Below, piece after piece: positions 25,306 through 36,148 of a DNA stretch of 64,000 nucleotides (within the stretch, counting starts at the first letter, position 1; the number at the start of each line of letters is the position of its first letter). A model generated the notes under the pieces. It was not told the DNA's origin. It did no database searches and saw nothing but the letters and a program-made list of their open reading frames with translations. Origin of the DNA: a virus; IMG/VR virus record IMGVR_UViG_3300025913_000030, positions 1 to 64,000 of that record; one strand, written 5' to 3'. The position numbers and the translations under genes are program-made.

Positions 25306-25722
25306 ATGCCCGCCGCCAACCCGACGCGCACCCGGGCCAAGGCCCCGGCGCGCAAGACCGCAGCCCGCAAGTCCGCCGCCAAGCGACAGAACATCGAGCC
25401 TCTGGCGGCGGACTTCGAGCCCATCGAGCTGAGCACCGAGGCCGACAGCAACGAGGAGCAGCTCGTCCACCTCTTCTCGGTCGACGGCAAGGCCTATTAC
25501 GTCTCCGCCGCCCAGGACATCGGCCTGGCGCTGCGCTACGTGAAGGTCGCCACGACCAAGGGCGAGAACCTCGCCATCCTCTGGCTCCTGGAGAACGTGC
25601 TCACCCCCGAGGCGTTCGAGGCGCTGACCGCGATCCCGCGCCTGAAGCCCGAATCCCTGGCCAAGGTCGCCGCCGCCGTTCAGAAGCTGCTACTCGGAGG
25701 GATGGAGGCCCCAAAAGCCTGA
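25306..25722 (+). CDS. Tail assembly chaperone (gpG-like)
   Basis: Position; ends at a slippery site. Confidence 0.8.
   Translation: MPAANPTRTRAKAPARKTAARKSAAKRQNIEPLAADFEPIELSTEADSNEEQLVHLFSVDGKAYYVSAAQDIGLALRYVKVATTKGENLAILWLLENVLTPEAFEALTAIPRLKPESLAKVAAAVQKLLLGGMEAPKA
25710..25716 (+). other. -1 programmed frameshift site
   Basis: C-CCA-AAA heptamer; the -1 frame is open into the ORF ending at 26033. Confidence 0.75.
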
Positions 25723-26033
25723 CACGCCCCCGGCTGGCCGAGGTCGCCTGGGTGCTGTTCGCCCTCGACGACGTCGAATCCGATCTGAGCCGATTCCACC
25801 GCATCGACGACATGTACGCCGTGCCGTCGGTCAGGTTCTTCCGCTTCGCCAACAGGTTGATCTACTACGAGGGAGCAGTGAGGGCAGCGATGATGCGCTA
25901 CGCCGCGACACTGCAGGAGGAAGCGGTCGATGCGCCGGTTGTTCCTGCTGCGGCTTCTGGCGATGTCGTCGTGCCGTCTTCGCGTGCCGCCCTCGCGGTC
26001 TCCGACCTCGGCCCGCTCCTGAGTTGGGGGTGA
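25710..26033 (+). CDS. Tail assembly chaperone frameshift extension (gpGT-like)
   Basis: -1 frame reads SLTRPRLAEVAWVLFALDDVESDLSRFH... Confidence 0.7.
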   Translation, partial: PKSLTRPRLAEVAWVLFALDDVESDLSRFHRIDDMYAVPSVRFFRFANRLIYYEGAVRAAMMRYAATLQEEAVDAPVVPAAASGDVVVPSSRAALAVSDLGPLLSWG

Positions 26034-26037
26034 TCGC

Positions 26038-28893
26038 GTGTCCGAGGACGGATTCGAGATCGCCAAGGCGTTCGTCACCCTGGAAGCGGACGACACCGAT
26101 CTGCGTGGCAAGGTCGCCGCGAAGATCAAGGAGGCGACCGAGGGGCAGAACCTCGACGTACCGCTCGGCGTGGACCAGGACGGCTTGCGCGAGAAGGTGG
26201 CCGCGGCCGTCGCCGAAGCCGGCGCCGGAGAAGACGTCAAGGTCAAAGTCAAGGTCGATGAGGACTCCGGCCAGCAACTGAAGCAGGGCCTGGAGGACGT
26301 CGCGGACGCGACGGTGCCCGAGGCGGACAGAGCCGGTTCCAAGATCGGTGAAGCGCTCGGCAACGGCCTGTACCGGGACGCGGCCGGGCGGATCCGCAAC
26401 GCGAGCGGCCAGTTCGCATCCGACCTGGAGAAGCTGGCGGCGGGACTCGACGACGTCGGCACGAAGGCGGACGGCGCGGGCGGAAAGCTCGGCGGTCTGG
26501 GCGGCAGTGCTTCCAGCGCCGGCAATGCTGCTAGCGGGGCGAGCCAGGGATTTCTCGGGCTGGGCGGCGGGATCTGGGCCGCGGTCGCTGCGGCCCTCGC
26601 CCTTGGACCGGCCCTGGCCGCCCTGCCCGGGATCCTGTCCGGGCTCGCGCTCGGCGGCGGCGTGCTGGCCCTGGCGTTCAAGGGCGTCTTCTCCGCGCTC
26701 AGCGCCGCCGGCCAGGCCGCGGGCAGCACCGGGCAGTCCGCCGCCCAGGCGGCGATGACCGCGTTCCAGAACGCCCAGCAGCTCGCGCAGGCCGAGCAGC
26801 AGCTCAAGAACGCCGAACAGCAGGAGCAGTACGCCCAGGAGGCTCTGACCCAGGCACGCCAGCAGGCCGCGAACACCCTGGTCGACCTGAACAACGCCGC
26901 CGCTGACGCTTCGCTGTCCGTGCAGGCCGCCCAGCTCGGAGTGGAGCAGGCGCAGCAGAACTACAACGCGGTCATGGAGAACAGCCTCTCGACTGACCTC
27001 CAGAAGAAGGAAGCCGCCCTTCAGCTCGCCCAGGCGCAGCAGGCCCTGATCGACGCCCAGCAGCGGGCGAAGGAAGCCACACAGGCGGCGAACACCGCAA
27101 ACCAGGAAGGCGTGGACGGCCTTCCCTCCGTCGTGCAGGCGCAGCGAGCCCAGCAGCAGGCCGCGCAGCAGGTCGCCGACGCCCAGCGCAACCTCAGCAA
27201 CATCCTGATCCAGCAGAAGCTCGCGGCCGAGGCCGCGGCCTCCAGCGGATCGAGCGGTGCGAACCAGTTCGCGCAGGCGATGGCCAAGCTCACCCCGATC
27301 GGGCGCGAGGTCGTCGACCAGCTGCTCGCCATGAAGAGCGGCTTCGGCCAGCTCTCGGCCACCGCCCAGAACACGGTGCTGCCCGGGGTCCTGACCTTCC
27401 TCAAGGACGCCGCTCCGCTCCTTCCCCAGATCAACTCGCTGGTCGGCGAGATGGGCAAGATCATCGGAGGTCTCTTCGCCCAGCTCGGCGGACTGCTGAA
27501 GAACCCGCAGTTCGTCAAGGACTTCTTCTCCGTCCTGCAGCAGGGCGTCGGGTTCGTCTCGCAGATCGGCGGCGGGGTGATCCAGATGTTCGAGGGGATC
27601 ACGCATGCCGCGGTCGCGGCCGGACCGATCGTCTCGGCCATCGGGACCGTGATCACCCAGATCCTCGGCACCAACCTGCCGCAGTTCCTGGCCGGCCTGA
27701 CCGTCAACGCGGGCGGCGCGGCGCAGACGATCCAGGCCGTGCTCGGCTTCGCCGGAGACCTGCTCGGCCCGCTCGGCACCTTGTCGGGCATGATCTCCGG
27801 CGCCCTCGGCCCGGCCCTCTCCGACCTGCGTCCGATCCTCGACGAGCTGGTCAACGTCGCCCTGCAGGCCCTCGCTCCGATGATCCAGGCCGCGGGCCCG
27901 GTGCTCGACGTGCTGGTCAAGGCGATCGGCGCGCTGATGCCGGTCGTGACTCCGGTGATCTCCATCATCGGCAAGCTGGCGACGATCCTTATCAGTGCCC
28001 TGCTTCCCATCCTGCAGCCGCTGATCCCGATCATCGCGCAACTGGCCGACACGGTCGGCAACATCCTGATGCAGGCCTTCACCTCGATGGAGCCGGTCGC
28101 CGAGCTGCTGATCTCCTCCCTGGTCAAGCTGCTGCCGGTCATCCTCCCGCTGATCCAGGACGCGGTGAAGCTGGTCGAGGCGGTCCTGCCGATCATCCCG
28201 GTCCTGGAACAGCTGGTCGCCGTGATCCTCTCGGCGCTGCTGCCGGTGCTGACCTGGCTGCTGACCTGGCTGGGCAAACTGCTGGACTACGTCGTCGGCG
28301 AAATGACCAAGGGAATCAGCCGGTTCCTGTCCGACGTGGTGCAGTGGACGAAGGACGCCGCGCAGGGCATCGAGGACGCGATCAACTGGGTGCGCAGCCA
28401 CTGGGACGGGTTCATCTCGTTCCTGGAGGGACTGCCGGGACGGCTGGCCAACCTGCGTCTATGGGACTGGATCGGCACAGGTCTGAAGGACGCCGCCAAC
28501 GGGGCGATCTACGGCCTGAACGAGATGATCAGCTCTATCAACGCCCTGCTCCACGGGGTGTCGGACAGCTGGAGCTGGGCGGGCATCCCGGCGATCCCGA
28601 GCATCCCGTTCATTCCCTACCTCGCGGACGGTGGCACAGCCACCGAGGGCGGTTGGGTCACGGTCGGCGACCGCGGCGCCGAGCGGATGTTCATGCCGGC
28701 CGGAGCTCGCGTCGAGCCGCTCAAGCACCACACGACAGCCTCCACCGGGCCGTCGATCGGCGAGCTTCACATCCACATGCTGATCACCGCGATCGCAGAC
28801 TTCTCCAACCCCAACGCCCTGACGGCCTCGGCCCGCAAGTACGCGGTCCAGATCCGCGACGCTCTCAATCAGCTGCAGGCGGCCAACACATGA
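26038..28893 (+). CDS. Tape measure protein
   Basis: 951 aa; Ala/Gln coiled coil, 11-residue amphipathic Pro repeats, and IPYLADGG. Confidence 0.92.
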   Translation: MSEDGFEIAKAFVTLEADDTDLRGKVAAKIKEATEGQNLDVPLGVDQDGLREKVAAAVAEAGAGEDVKVKVKVDEDSGQQLKQGLEDVADATVPEADRAGSKIGEALGNGLYRDAAGRIRNASGQFASDLEKLAAGLDDVGTKADGAGGKLGGLGGSASSAGNAASGASQGFLGLGGGIWAAVAAALALGPALAALPGILSGLALGGGVLALAFKGVFSALSAAGQAAGSTGQSAAQAAMTAFQNAQQLAQAEQQLKNAEQQEQYAQEALTQARQQAANTLVDLNNAAADASLSVQAAQLGVEQAQQNYNAVMENSLSTDLQKKEAALQLAQAQQALIDAQQRAKEATQAANTANQEGVDGLPSVVQAQRAQQQAAQQVADAQRNLSNILIQQKLAAEAAASSGSSGANQFAQAMAKLTPIGREVVDQLLAMKSGFGQLSATAQNTVLPGVLTFLKDAAPLLPQINSLVGEMGKIIGGLFAQLGGLLKNPQFVKDFFSVLQQGVGFVSQIGGGVIQMFEGITHAAVAAGPIVSAIGTVITQILGTNLPQFLAGLTVNAGGAAQTIQAVLGFAGDLLGPLGTLSGMISGALGPALSDLRPILDELVNVALQALAPMIQAAGPVLDVLVKAIGALMPVVTPVISIIGKLATILISALLPILQPLIPIIAQLADTVGNILMQAFTSMEPVAELLISSLVKLLPVILPLIQDAVKLVEAVLPIIPVLEQLVAVILSALLPVLTWLLTWLGKLLDYVVGEMTKGISRFLSDVVQWTKDAAQGIEDAINWVRSHWDGFISFLEGLPGRLANLRLWDWIGTGLKDAANGAIYGLNEMISSINALLHGVSDSWSWAGIPAIPSIPFIPYLADGGTATEGGWVTVGDRGAERMFMPAGARVEPLKHHTTASTGPSIGELHIHMLITAIADFSNPNALTASARKYAVQIRDALNQLQAANT

Positions 28894-30152
28894 CCCAGTT
28901 CGGCACGATCAGCCTCGGGCGCCTGCAGTTGGTCGAGTTCCCAACCCAGGTCGCCTCGATCGCGGCCGGCGCCCCGAGCAGCAACGCGCCGACCGGCCGC
29001 ACACTCGCCCTGGCCGGCCAGGAATCCACTCCGGCCGCCTCCACTGTCGGCACCACCACGGCCCAGTTGAGGGCCATGGAAGCCGACCTACACGGCCTGG
29101 CCAACGCCCTGGTGCCCGTCATCTTCACCGACAAGGCCCAGCTCAACGGTTACTACATCGTCGCCGACGCCTCGGCCGACCTGCAGAACTGGGAGGGCGA
29201 AGCCGCCACCCTGGCGTGGAAGGCCGACCTCACGCGCCTGGGCACCGACTTCGAAGTCGACCTCGAATCGCGGCTGACCGGCGGTGTGCGCAACTCCTCG
29301 TTCGCAGCCTCGGCCAACGCCGTACGCTGGCACGCCCCCTCGCTCGGACACCAGGCCTACTACTCCGCGTCCGGCAACACCCCATCCGTGGTCGTGCGCA
29401 CTGGGGCGGACGGCGCCATGAACGTCTACACCGGCCTCCCCCTGACCGGCAGCGTCATCCCCCGCTGGTTCTGCGCGGTCGGCAACTACCTCGGCGGCCG
29501 GGTGCGCTTCCTCGACGACAACGGCATCGAACGCAGCGGGATCCTGTTCGCCAACGGCAGCCCCTCGAGCTGGACCCTTTCCAACGCGCTGCTCCAGATC
29601 ACGCCCCTGTCCTCGGGCGGCGTGCTGAACGTCGCCGGCTACTCGGGCGGCGCGTTCCAGGCCAAGAACTGGGACCTGCAGTTCGGCGGGACCTCGCTCG
29701 GCGTCCCGCTCGGAATCAGCCTGCTGCGCAACGAGCCGGAGATCGTCGTCGTCCGGCTGCTCTGGTCGGCCGCCGGGCCCAACCGCGTCACCGTTGACCT
29801 GACCCTGCGCCGCGGCAGCCGGTTCGTCGAGCTGTATCTGCAGAGCCAGGTCGCCGGAACCTTCAAGGTCGTGCGCTCCTCCGCGGAGGCTGGCACCAAC
29901 GGCGCCAGTGGCGCGTACCTGACCGCCACCGTCAACGACGGCGCCGGCAACCGCTACTTCGTCGGCAGCGCGCTGACCAACACGCAGGACACCGTCAACG
30001 GCGGGATCTCGCTGGCCGCCACAACCGCGATGGACGTCGTGCTCGGCACGGTCATCGGCGGCAGCGGCGCCGTGACCGGAGACCAAGCCTCAGACCTCTA
30101 CAACCAGTACCTCGCCGCTCCTTCCGAGCTCGTCGCCGGCATCAGGCGGTAA
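28890..30152 (+). CDS. Minor tail protein (distal-tail position)
   Basis: ATGA overlap with the tape measure gene; beta-rich. Confidence 0.7.
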   Translation: MTQFGTISLGRLQLVEFPTQVASIAAGAPSSNAPTGRTLALAGQESTPAASTVGTTTAQLRAMEADLHGLANALVPVIFTDKAQLNGYYIVADASADLQNWEGEAATLAWKADLTRLGTDFEVDLESRLTGGVRNSSFAASANAVRWHAPSLGHQAYYSASGNTPSVVVRTGADGAMNVYTGLPLTGSVIPRWFCAVGNYLGGRVRFLDDNGIERSGILFANGSPSSWTLSNALLQITPLSSGGVLNVAGYSGGAFQAKNWDLQFGGTSLGVPLGISLLRNEPEIVVVRLLWSAAGPNRVTVDLTLRRGSRFVELYLQSQVAGTFKVVRSSAEAGTNGASGAYLTATVNDGAGNRYFVGSALTNTQDTVNGGISLAATTAMDVVLGTVIGGSGAVTGDQASDLYNQYLAAPSELVAGIRR

Positions 30153-30154
30153 CC

Positions 30155-33007
30155 GTGCCGGTCACCGAATCGCTGATGGCTGTGGGCCAGTGGTCGCTCA
30201 CGCTCTCCCCCGACACCCCGCGCTCGATCATCGACGCGCTGCAGTACTACCAGCACATCGCCATCTCCACCGGCCGCCCGGATCCGCGCGTTGCGGGCAA
30301 CAGCCTGTTCACCTCGGCCCGGTACGCGGGCGTGGTCACGAGCCTGGACTTCCAGAGCCTCAAGCAGGGGCGCGGCCCGGTCATCTCCGGCGACGGCATG
30401 GCGACCTGGCTGGGCACGCCGCAGGGCGTCGGCCCGGTGATCGAGAACAACACGCTGTTCACCACGGCCGGTATCTCCTCCGTCGTCAACGCCCTGCGCC
30501 CGTCCTGTGTTGGAGCCGGAACGCTTTACACCATCCCCGGCGTGGGCACCTACACGGGCGGCTTCGTCTGGAAGACACCGCGTGACGCGCTGACCTCCTT
30601 CGCCCAGCAGGTGACGCGGGGCCCGCTGCCCACCCAGATCGTCGAGTGGCGCGTCAACAACAACTGCACCCTGGACTTCGGGCCGGTCGCCAGTCTGTAT
30701 CGCACGACACCGGTCTGCGCCATCGTGTCCAAGGATTCCGGCGTCGACATGGCGGTGCGCGGTCTCGACGGTGTCGCGCAGCTGATCGAGGACGTCAAGG
30801 ACTACACGACCCGGGTCGTCGTGCTCGCCTCGGGCAGCGGCTCGTCGACCGCGGTCGGGGCGGCGAACGCCGCCGATGTCGGCGCGAGCAACCCCTACAC
30901 CGACTTCTTCGGCAACCCCGTCCAGATGACCCGCATGGTCTCGGCCAGCTCGGTGTCCTCGTACAACGCCACGGCCGCCGCCCAGGCCGCCCTCATCCCC
31001 TACACCACGCCCGCCGACCAGGTACGCCTGTCCAGCTCCGAGTACGACATCAAGGGCGATCTGCAGGTCGGTGACTACGTCTGGCTCTACGACCCGGACG
31101 CCGGCTTCGTCGACTACGGCAACCAGCTGGTCTACCGCGGACAGCGGATCAATCCGACCAAGCAGCGCGTCATCGAGGCCACGTGGCCGATCGTGCAGGG
31201 GATGTCGGTCGCCTACCGGGACCAGTCAGGGGTCTGGCACGACCTGACCGACTACGTCGCCTGGGAGACAGGGGACACCAACCTGACGGTCGGCGGCTAC
31301 AACCGCAACCTGGTGCCCACCAGTGAACCGGTCGGCCCGCGCCCGCAGCCGGACACCACGATCCCGGGCGTGCCCGCGTTCAACACGCCGTTCACCACCT
31401 CGACATACCTGTCCTCCTCCGACGGCTCGGTCAAGGCACAGATCCAGCTGACCTGGGCGACGCCGAACAACACCGACGGCACGACGATGACGGACCTGGA
31501 TCACTACGAGATCCAGTACCGTCCCGACCTTACGATCAGCTCGGTCAACCCGTCGTGGCAGGGCCTGAACTCCGGCGGCTACACCTGGGCGCAGTTGCAG
31601 TCCACGGGCGCGCAGTGGAACCAGATCTTCCCGATCACGCAGACCGACTGGAAGGTCACCTTCGTCGCGGGCGCGGTCAACCAGCTGTTGATCCAGGAGC
31701 TGACACCCGGGGTCACCTACGACTTCCAGATCCGCGCGGTCGACACCGCCCAGCCCCCGAACCGCGGTGCGTGGTCGACGACCACGACCTTCCAGGCTGC
31801 CGTCGACACGCAGCCTCCGCCCACCCCGGACGCGCCGACCGTCGCCGCGAACATGGCCTCGGTCCAAGTGACCTGGGACTGCGGACGGGCCGACGGCGGC
31901 ACCTATAACCAGGCTTCCGACCTGCACCACATCGAGGTGCACGGCTCCTACGACCCGCTCTTCCAGCCGTCGAACGCGACGAAGCTCGGCAACCTGCCCG
32001 CGTCGGTCGCCAACATCACCGGGCAGATCCCGGTCGTCGGCTCGTTCACGATCCCGCCCGGCCAGCCGCCGGCCCAGAGCATGTTCATCAAGATCATCGC
32101 TGTGGACTCGACCGGCAACAAGTCCAACCCGTCCGCCTCGGCCGGGGCGAGCGCGATCCTCTGGTCCAACGCCTACATCTCTGACCTGAGCGTCAGCAAG
32201 CTGACAGCAGGGACGATCACCGCCTCGGTCGTGGTCGGTGGCGTGATCGGTACCGCTCTATCCGGGCAGCGGGTCGTCATGGACTCCACCGGAGTGCACG
32301 CCTATGACGCATCCGGGAGCAAGATCTTCGATGTCAGCAGCGCTTCTCCCATCCTGACACTGGGCCGCAATTCCGTGTCTGGAGCCTCTATCACTTTGGA
32401 CACCAGCAAGAACTACCCCGTCATTACTATGAGTGACGGGGTCAACACCCCTGGAAACATCTCCTTCGCCGGCAACGCCAGTTACGGCACGGTCGGCATG
32501 GAGATGAACGGCGGATCGTTCTTCGCCGAGAGCCCGATCTCTGCCGTGGGCAATATGCAGTTGGCGCTGGTCGGCGAGGGCGGGACGACGGGCCTGCAGT
32601 ACGTGGACCGGGACACGGGACTGGCCGTGTCACTGTTCGAGCTGAAGTCGGACCAGACCCGCATGTTGCAGAGCGATCTGTCCGGCAACACTCTGTCCGC
32701 TTACCGGGTAGGGCAGGACGCACACCACTACGGCACAGGGTTCTACTACAACAACTTCCTACTGGCAGGCACCGATCTCTTCGGCGCGGGCGAAGCAGCC
32801 GTGTCCGGGTTCTCCTCCGCCACCGTCAGCTACGGCGTGACCATGGCCAGCTTCGCTGCAGTCGTGCCCAGCGTGTTCGACTCGACAGGCGGCACCTCTA
32901 CCCAGGGCGCGTACATCAGCTCCAGCTCCAGCACCTCGTTCACGGCGGCCTGGCACACCACCACCCCCAACCACTTCTGGTACTGGCTCATGAGGCTGGA
33001 CGCATGA
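30155..33007 (+). CDS. Large minor tail protein with FN3-like domains
   Basis: ELTPGVTYDFQIRAVD FN3 signature; VSKLTAGTITA. Confidence 0.8.
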   Translation: MPVTESLMAVGQWSLTLSPDTPRSIIDALQYYQHIAISTGRPDPRVAGNSLFTSARYAGVVTSLDFQSLKQGRGPVISGDGMATWLGTPQGVGPVIENNTLFTTAGISSVVNALRPSCVGAGTLYTIPGVGTYTGGFVWKTPRDALTSFAQQVTRGPLPTQIVEWRVNNNCTLDFGPVASLYRTTPVCAIVSKDSGVDMAVRGLDGVAQLIEDVKDYTTRVVVLASGSGSSTAVGAANAADVGASNPYTDFFGNPVQMTRMVSASSVSSYNATAAAQAALIPYTTPADQVRLSSSEYDIKGDLQVGDYVWLYDPDAGFVDYGNQLVYRGQRINPTKQRVIEATWPIVQGMSVAYRDQSGVWHDLTDYVAWETGDTNLTVGGYNRNLVPTSEPVGPRPQPDTTIPGVPAFNTPFTTSTYLSSSDGSVKAQIQLTWATPNNTDGTTMTDLDHYEIQYRPDLTISSVNPSWQGLNSGGYTWAQLQSTGAQWNQIFPITQTDWKVTFVAGAVNQLLIQELTPGVTYDFQIRAVDTAQPPNRGAWSTTTTFQAAVDTQPPPTPDAPTVAANMASVQVTWDCGRADGGTYNQASDLHHIEVHGSYDPLFQPSNATKLGNLPASVANITGQIPVVGSFTIPPGQPPAQSMFIKIIAVDSTGNKSNPSASAGASAILWSNAYISDLSVSKLTAGTITASVVVGGVIGTALSGQRVVMDSTGVHAYDASGSKIFDVSSASPILTLGRNSVSGASITLDTSKNYPVITMSDGVNTPGNISFAGNASYGTVGMEMNGGSFFAESPISAVGNMQLALVGEGGTTGLQYVDRDTGLAVSLFELKSDQTRMLQSDLSGNTLSAYRVGQDAHHYGTGFYYNNFLLAGTDLFGAGEAAVSGFSSATVSYGVTMASFAAVVPSVFDSTGGTSTQGAYISSSSSTSFTAAWHTTTPNHFWYWLMRLDA

Positions 33008-33468
33008 TCAACATCAGGATCCTCATGGCGGATCAGGACCCCAGGACAGGGCACTGGCGCATCGGTCAGGAAGTGGACGACGGATCCGGAACGATCACCC
33101 GCCACCTGCACCTGATCCCTCTGCACGCTTTCGTTCAGCACCCCGCCGAGTTCGGGCTCGACCCAGCAGACAGCCGCACCGTCCTGGACTGGCTGCTGCA
33201 CGAACGGTTCGTCCCGCGCCCGGATCCTCGCAACCCGGGCCCCTTCTGCCCGTATCGCAATCCGCCGGCCGCAGCGTGGGGCGCCCACCAGCGCGCCATC
33301 GCGCAGGTGAAGACCACCGTGACGATCACCGATCCGGACGGCCATCTGGAGAAGATCCACCAGGCCCACGATCCGCACCCGATCCGCGTCTGGGAAGCGC
33401 AAGAGCGGGCCGCCCGCGACCGAGCCCATGTCCAGCATTTCGAGAGAAGGCGTCGCAGCCATGGCTGA
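33004..33468 (+). CDS. Hypothetical tail-region protein
   Basis: ATGA overlap. Confidence 0.55.
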   Translation: MINIRILMADQDPRTGHWRIGQEVDDGSGTITRHLHLIPLHAFVQHPAEFGLDPADSRTVLDWLLHERFVPRPDPRNPGPFCPYRNPPAAAWGAHQRAIAQVKTTVTITDPDGHLEKIHQAHDPHPIRVWEAQERAARDRAHVQHFERRRRSHG

Positions 33469-34561
33469 CTCAAATACACCGAACATCGGGCTGCTGATCG
33501 CCGACACCGCCGACGTCGTCCAGTACCCGGCGCACATCGGCAATAACCTGACGACGATCGACGGCCTCATGGGCGCGGTCGACTGCACTTCCGTTACGCG
33601 GCCCACGAACACGTACAAGGGCCAGATCATCTACGAGCACGACACCGGCCGCTACGTCCAGAACACCGGAACGAAGGCCGCGCCGGTCTGGTCGTACATG
33701 TCGCATCAGGCGCTCGTGGAGAACAGCAGCGCTCTGCCGACCGGCGGCCTCACCGCCGGGGAGCTGATCTATCTCTCCGACCTCGGCGCGCTCGCCTACT
33801 ACAGCGGGTCGGCGTGGCATTACTGCACCCTGATCGTCTGTTCGTCCACCACCCGGCCGACCGGCGCCGCTCTGCAGACCGGAACGTTCATCTACGAGAC
33901 CGATACACAGACCCTGCTGGTGTGGACCGGTAGCGGCTGGGCGCACCGATCGTTCAACAACTTCGTCTGCACGAGCAGCACCCATCCTTCGTGGGCGTTC
34001 CAGGGCCTGGAGATCTACGAGACCGACACCGGACTGGCCGCCGTCTACAGCGGGTCGAACTACCTCTACGGGTTGCAGCAGCTCGCGCCGACACAGAGTG
34101 TCAGCGCCGCGGCCAATGTCACGTTCAGCGGACTGCCCGCGGTGAACCGCCTGCTCGTGGTCTGGCGGTTGCGCAGTTCCACGTCGGGAACTCCGCTCGG
34201 GTTGCAGATCGACGGCGACAGCACCAGCGGGCACTATATCTGGGCGAAGATGACGGCACGCGCCGCGGCGACCTCCGCGTCCGGGAACACCGGGGACGTC
34301 AACGCACAGATCGGCACCGTCGCAGGCAGCAGTACAGCCAACTACTTCAGCTCGGGCGAGACGTTTATCAACGGCTGGAACTCCACCAACGGCTACTGCA
34401 ACATGGATTCCGTCAGCAGCTGCTGGGACACCACCTCGTCCTACTGGATCGACAAGATGGGCAGCCTCTACGTCGGCACTGCCGCCGCGCACACTTCGCT
34501 GAAGATCGCTCCCGGCAGCGGAACGCTGACAGGAGAAGTCACCGTCTATGGAGGGCCCTGA
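33461..34561 (+). CDS. Tail fibre-like protein
   Basis: Four repeats of CTS.TRP....G.IYETDT.....GS.W type. Confidence 0.7.
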   Translation: MADSNTPNIGLLIADTADVVQYPAHIGNNLTTIDGLMGAVDCTSVTRPTNTYKGQIIYEHDTGRYVQNTGTKAAPVWSYMSHQALVENSSALPTGGLTAGELIYLSDLGALAYYSGSAWHYCTLIVCSSTTRPTGAALQTGTFIYETDTQTLLVWTGSGWAHRSFNNFVCTSSTHPSWAFQGLEIYETDTGLAAVYSGSNYLYGLQQLAPTQSVSAAANVTFSGLPAVNRLLVVWRLRSSTSGTPLGLQIDGDSTSGHYIWAKMTARAAATSASGNTGDVNAQIGTVAGSSTANYFSSGETFINGWNSTNGYCNMDSVSSCWDTTSSYWIDKMGSLYVGTAAAHTSLKIAPGSGTLTGEVTVYGGP

Positions 34562-34797
34562 TGACTGAGGAGCAGCGACCGGTTCACGTGTCCTTTGACT
34601 GCTCAACCGGCGAGCGCGTCGACACGCCTCTCACAGACGAGGAATGGGAGGAGCACAAGGCCCGCGAATCGGCAGCGGAGGAGGAACACCTGCGCCGAAC
34701 GCGGGACCGCGAGGCGGCCCTCGCCGTTGTCCAGACCAAGGCCGCGCAGGACCCCGCGTTCGCGGCCCTCGCAACTCTGACAGGAGTGACCCTTTGA
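34561..34797 (+). CDS. Small fibre-associated protein
   Basis: TGATG overlap; DCSTGERVDTPLTDEE. Confidence 0.55.
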   Translation: MTEEQRPVHVSFDCSTGERVDTPLTDEEWEEHKARESAAEEEHLRRTRDREAALAVVQTKAAQDPAFAALATLTGVTL

Positions 34798-35132
34798 CCG
34801 TCCCCGACCAGAACCAGGAAATCGTCCCCTACGACGTCCTGCTGCCCCAACTGGAAACCGAGCTGCACGTCCGTGACAGCCAGATGACGATGCTCAAGGC
34901 CCGCATCACCGTCCGCGACCGCAGGATTGCCCAGCACGAGCAGACGATCACGCAGCAGGCACAGATGATCGAACAGCAGGCCCGCGTGATCGAGGGACTG
35001 CGCGGGCACCTAGCGGCGACGCAGCGGCCGGAACAGCAGCTTGAACAAGCCGAGGTACAGCTCCCACCACCAGCCGATCAGCAGTCAGTACCAGAAGTAG
35101 GACCGCAAGGGTCTGCCGTAGCGTCGCCGTGA
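34794..35132 (+). CDS. Coiled-coil hypothetical protein
   Basis: TTGA overlap; AGGAG RBS. Confidence 0.5.
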   Translation: MTVPDQNQEIVPYDVLLPQLETELHVRDSQMTMLKARITVRDRRIAQHEQTITQQAQMIEQQARVIEGLRGHLAATQRPEQQLEQAEVQLPPPADQQSVPEVGPQGSAVASP

Positions 35133-35139
35133 CACCGGA

Positions 35140-35532
35140 TCACGCCCTCGGCAGTTGATCGCCGTCGGTCGCCGTCAGCGTCCACTGACACGCCGTCGAC
35201 ACCACCAGCCAGTGCCGGCCGGCAGCGTCGTGCGAGTACATCGTGCCGCTGCCGGCCGGTCCGCTGTCGTCGGCCAGCGCAACGCCGTTTTCGGCGTCAC
35301 CCCGCTCGACTGCGCGGAAGCTGCCCGAGCCCGGGCACGCGAACGTGTAACGGAGCGACCAATCCGAACCGGTCGTGAACGTCGCCGTGGTCGTGTTGCC
35401 GCCCCCGGACGTCTGCAGCACGATGGACGTGCTCGCATGCGCCGGAGCACGGCCGGCCAGAGCCCATCCCGCCGCCCCGAGCGCGACAACCGCGCCCGCG
35501 AGGACGCCGGCCCACCCCCTGTATCTCGTCAT
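35140..35532 (-). CDS. Secreted or membrane-anchored beta protein
   Basis: N-terminal signal-like segment followed by a beta-rich domain with two Cys. Confidence 0.55.
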   Translation of the reverse strand: MTRYRGWAGVLAGAVVALGAAGWALAGRAPAHASTSIVLQTSGGGNTTTATFTTGSDWSLRYTFACPGSGSFRAVERGDAENGVALADDSGPAGSGTMYSHDAAGRHWLVVSTACQWTLTATDGDQLPRA

Positions 35533-35569
35533 GCACCCAGTGAAGGACTTCGTATGACGATGTGTCAAG

Positions 35570-36148
35570 TCACCAGCGTGCGGGGTCGCCTGACGTGTTG
35601 CCCTCCCAGTGGTTCCACAGGAAGGTCTGCGCGTCGACATGGCAGAACGAGGCGCCCGCGTCCAGCATCGCGAGCCAGCAGCCCCAGTCGTCGTACTGCG
35701 ATCCGGCCGGCCTCTGGAAGCCGCCGGCCTCGCGCATGAGTTCCGTGCGGGCCAGAGCGCTGGTGTGGATGTACGAACGCTGGCGCAGGATGTCCGCGTC
35801 GAACGGGAGCCCGTAACGGTGCTCCGGCCCGGTCGGCGGGCCGCCGAGCTGCGGGACGAACGGCGTCGAGTAGACGACGTCGGCACCTGACTGCGCCTGC
35901 GCCTGGAAGAGTGTGACCAGGTGGTTCGGCAGCATCGTGTCATCGTCGTCGAGGAAGGTGACCCAGTGCGTGTCCACCCTGGCCAGTGCGCGGTTCTTGG
36001 TCGCCGCGGCGCCGGTCCGCGTGAAGTCGAACTCGACCGTGATCGCGTCCGGCTGCATGTCCTGCAGCGCGACCGAGGCCAGGGCGCGGGCGAGCAGCCG
36101 GGCGCGCGGCGGGATGCTCGTGACGCAGACCGTGATGCCAGGCCTCAC
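35570..36148 (-). CDS. Glycosyltransferase, GT2 (GT-A fold)
   Basis: GAAATKNRAL, WVTFLDDDD and YDDW motifs. Confidence 0.85.
   Translation of the reverse strand: MRPGITVCVTSIPPRARLLARALASVALQDMQPDAITVEFDFTRTGAAATKNRALARVDTHWVTFLDDDDTMLPNHLVTLFQAQAQSGADVVYSTPFVPQLGGPPTGPEHRYGLPFDADILRQRSYIHTSALARTELMREAGGFQRPAGSQYDDWGCWLAMLDAGASFCHVDAQTFLWNHWEGNTSGDPARW

Noticed and set aside
25710-25716. Frameshift as a novel feature
   Set aside because: The site is plausible, but it is the standard tail-chaperone -1 frameshift of long-tailed phages.
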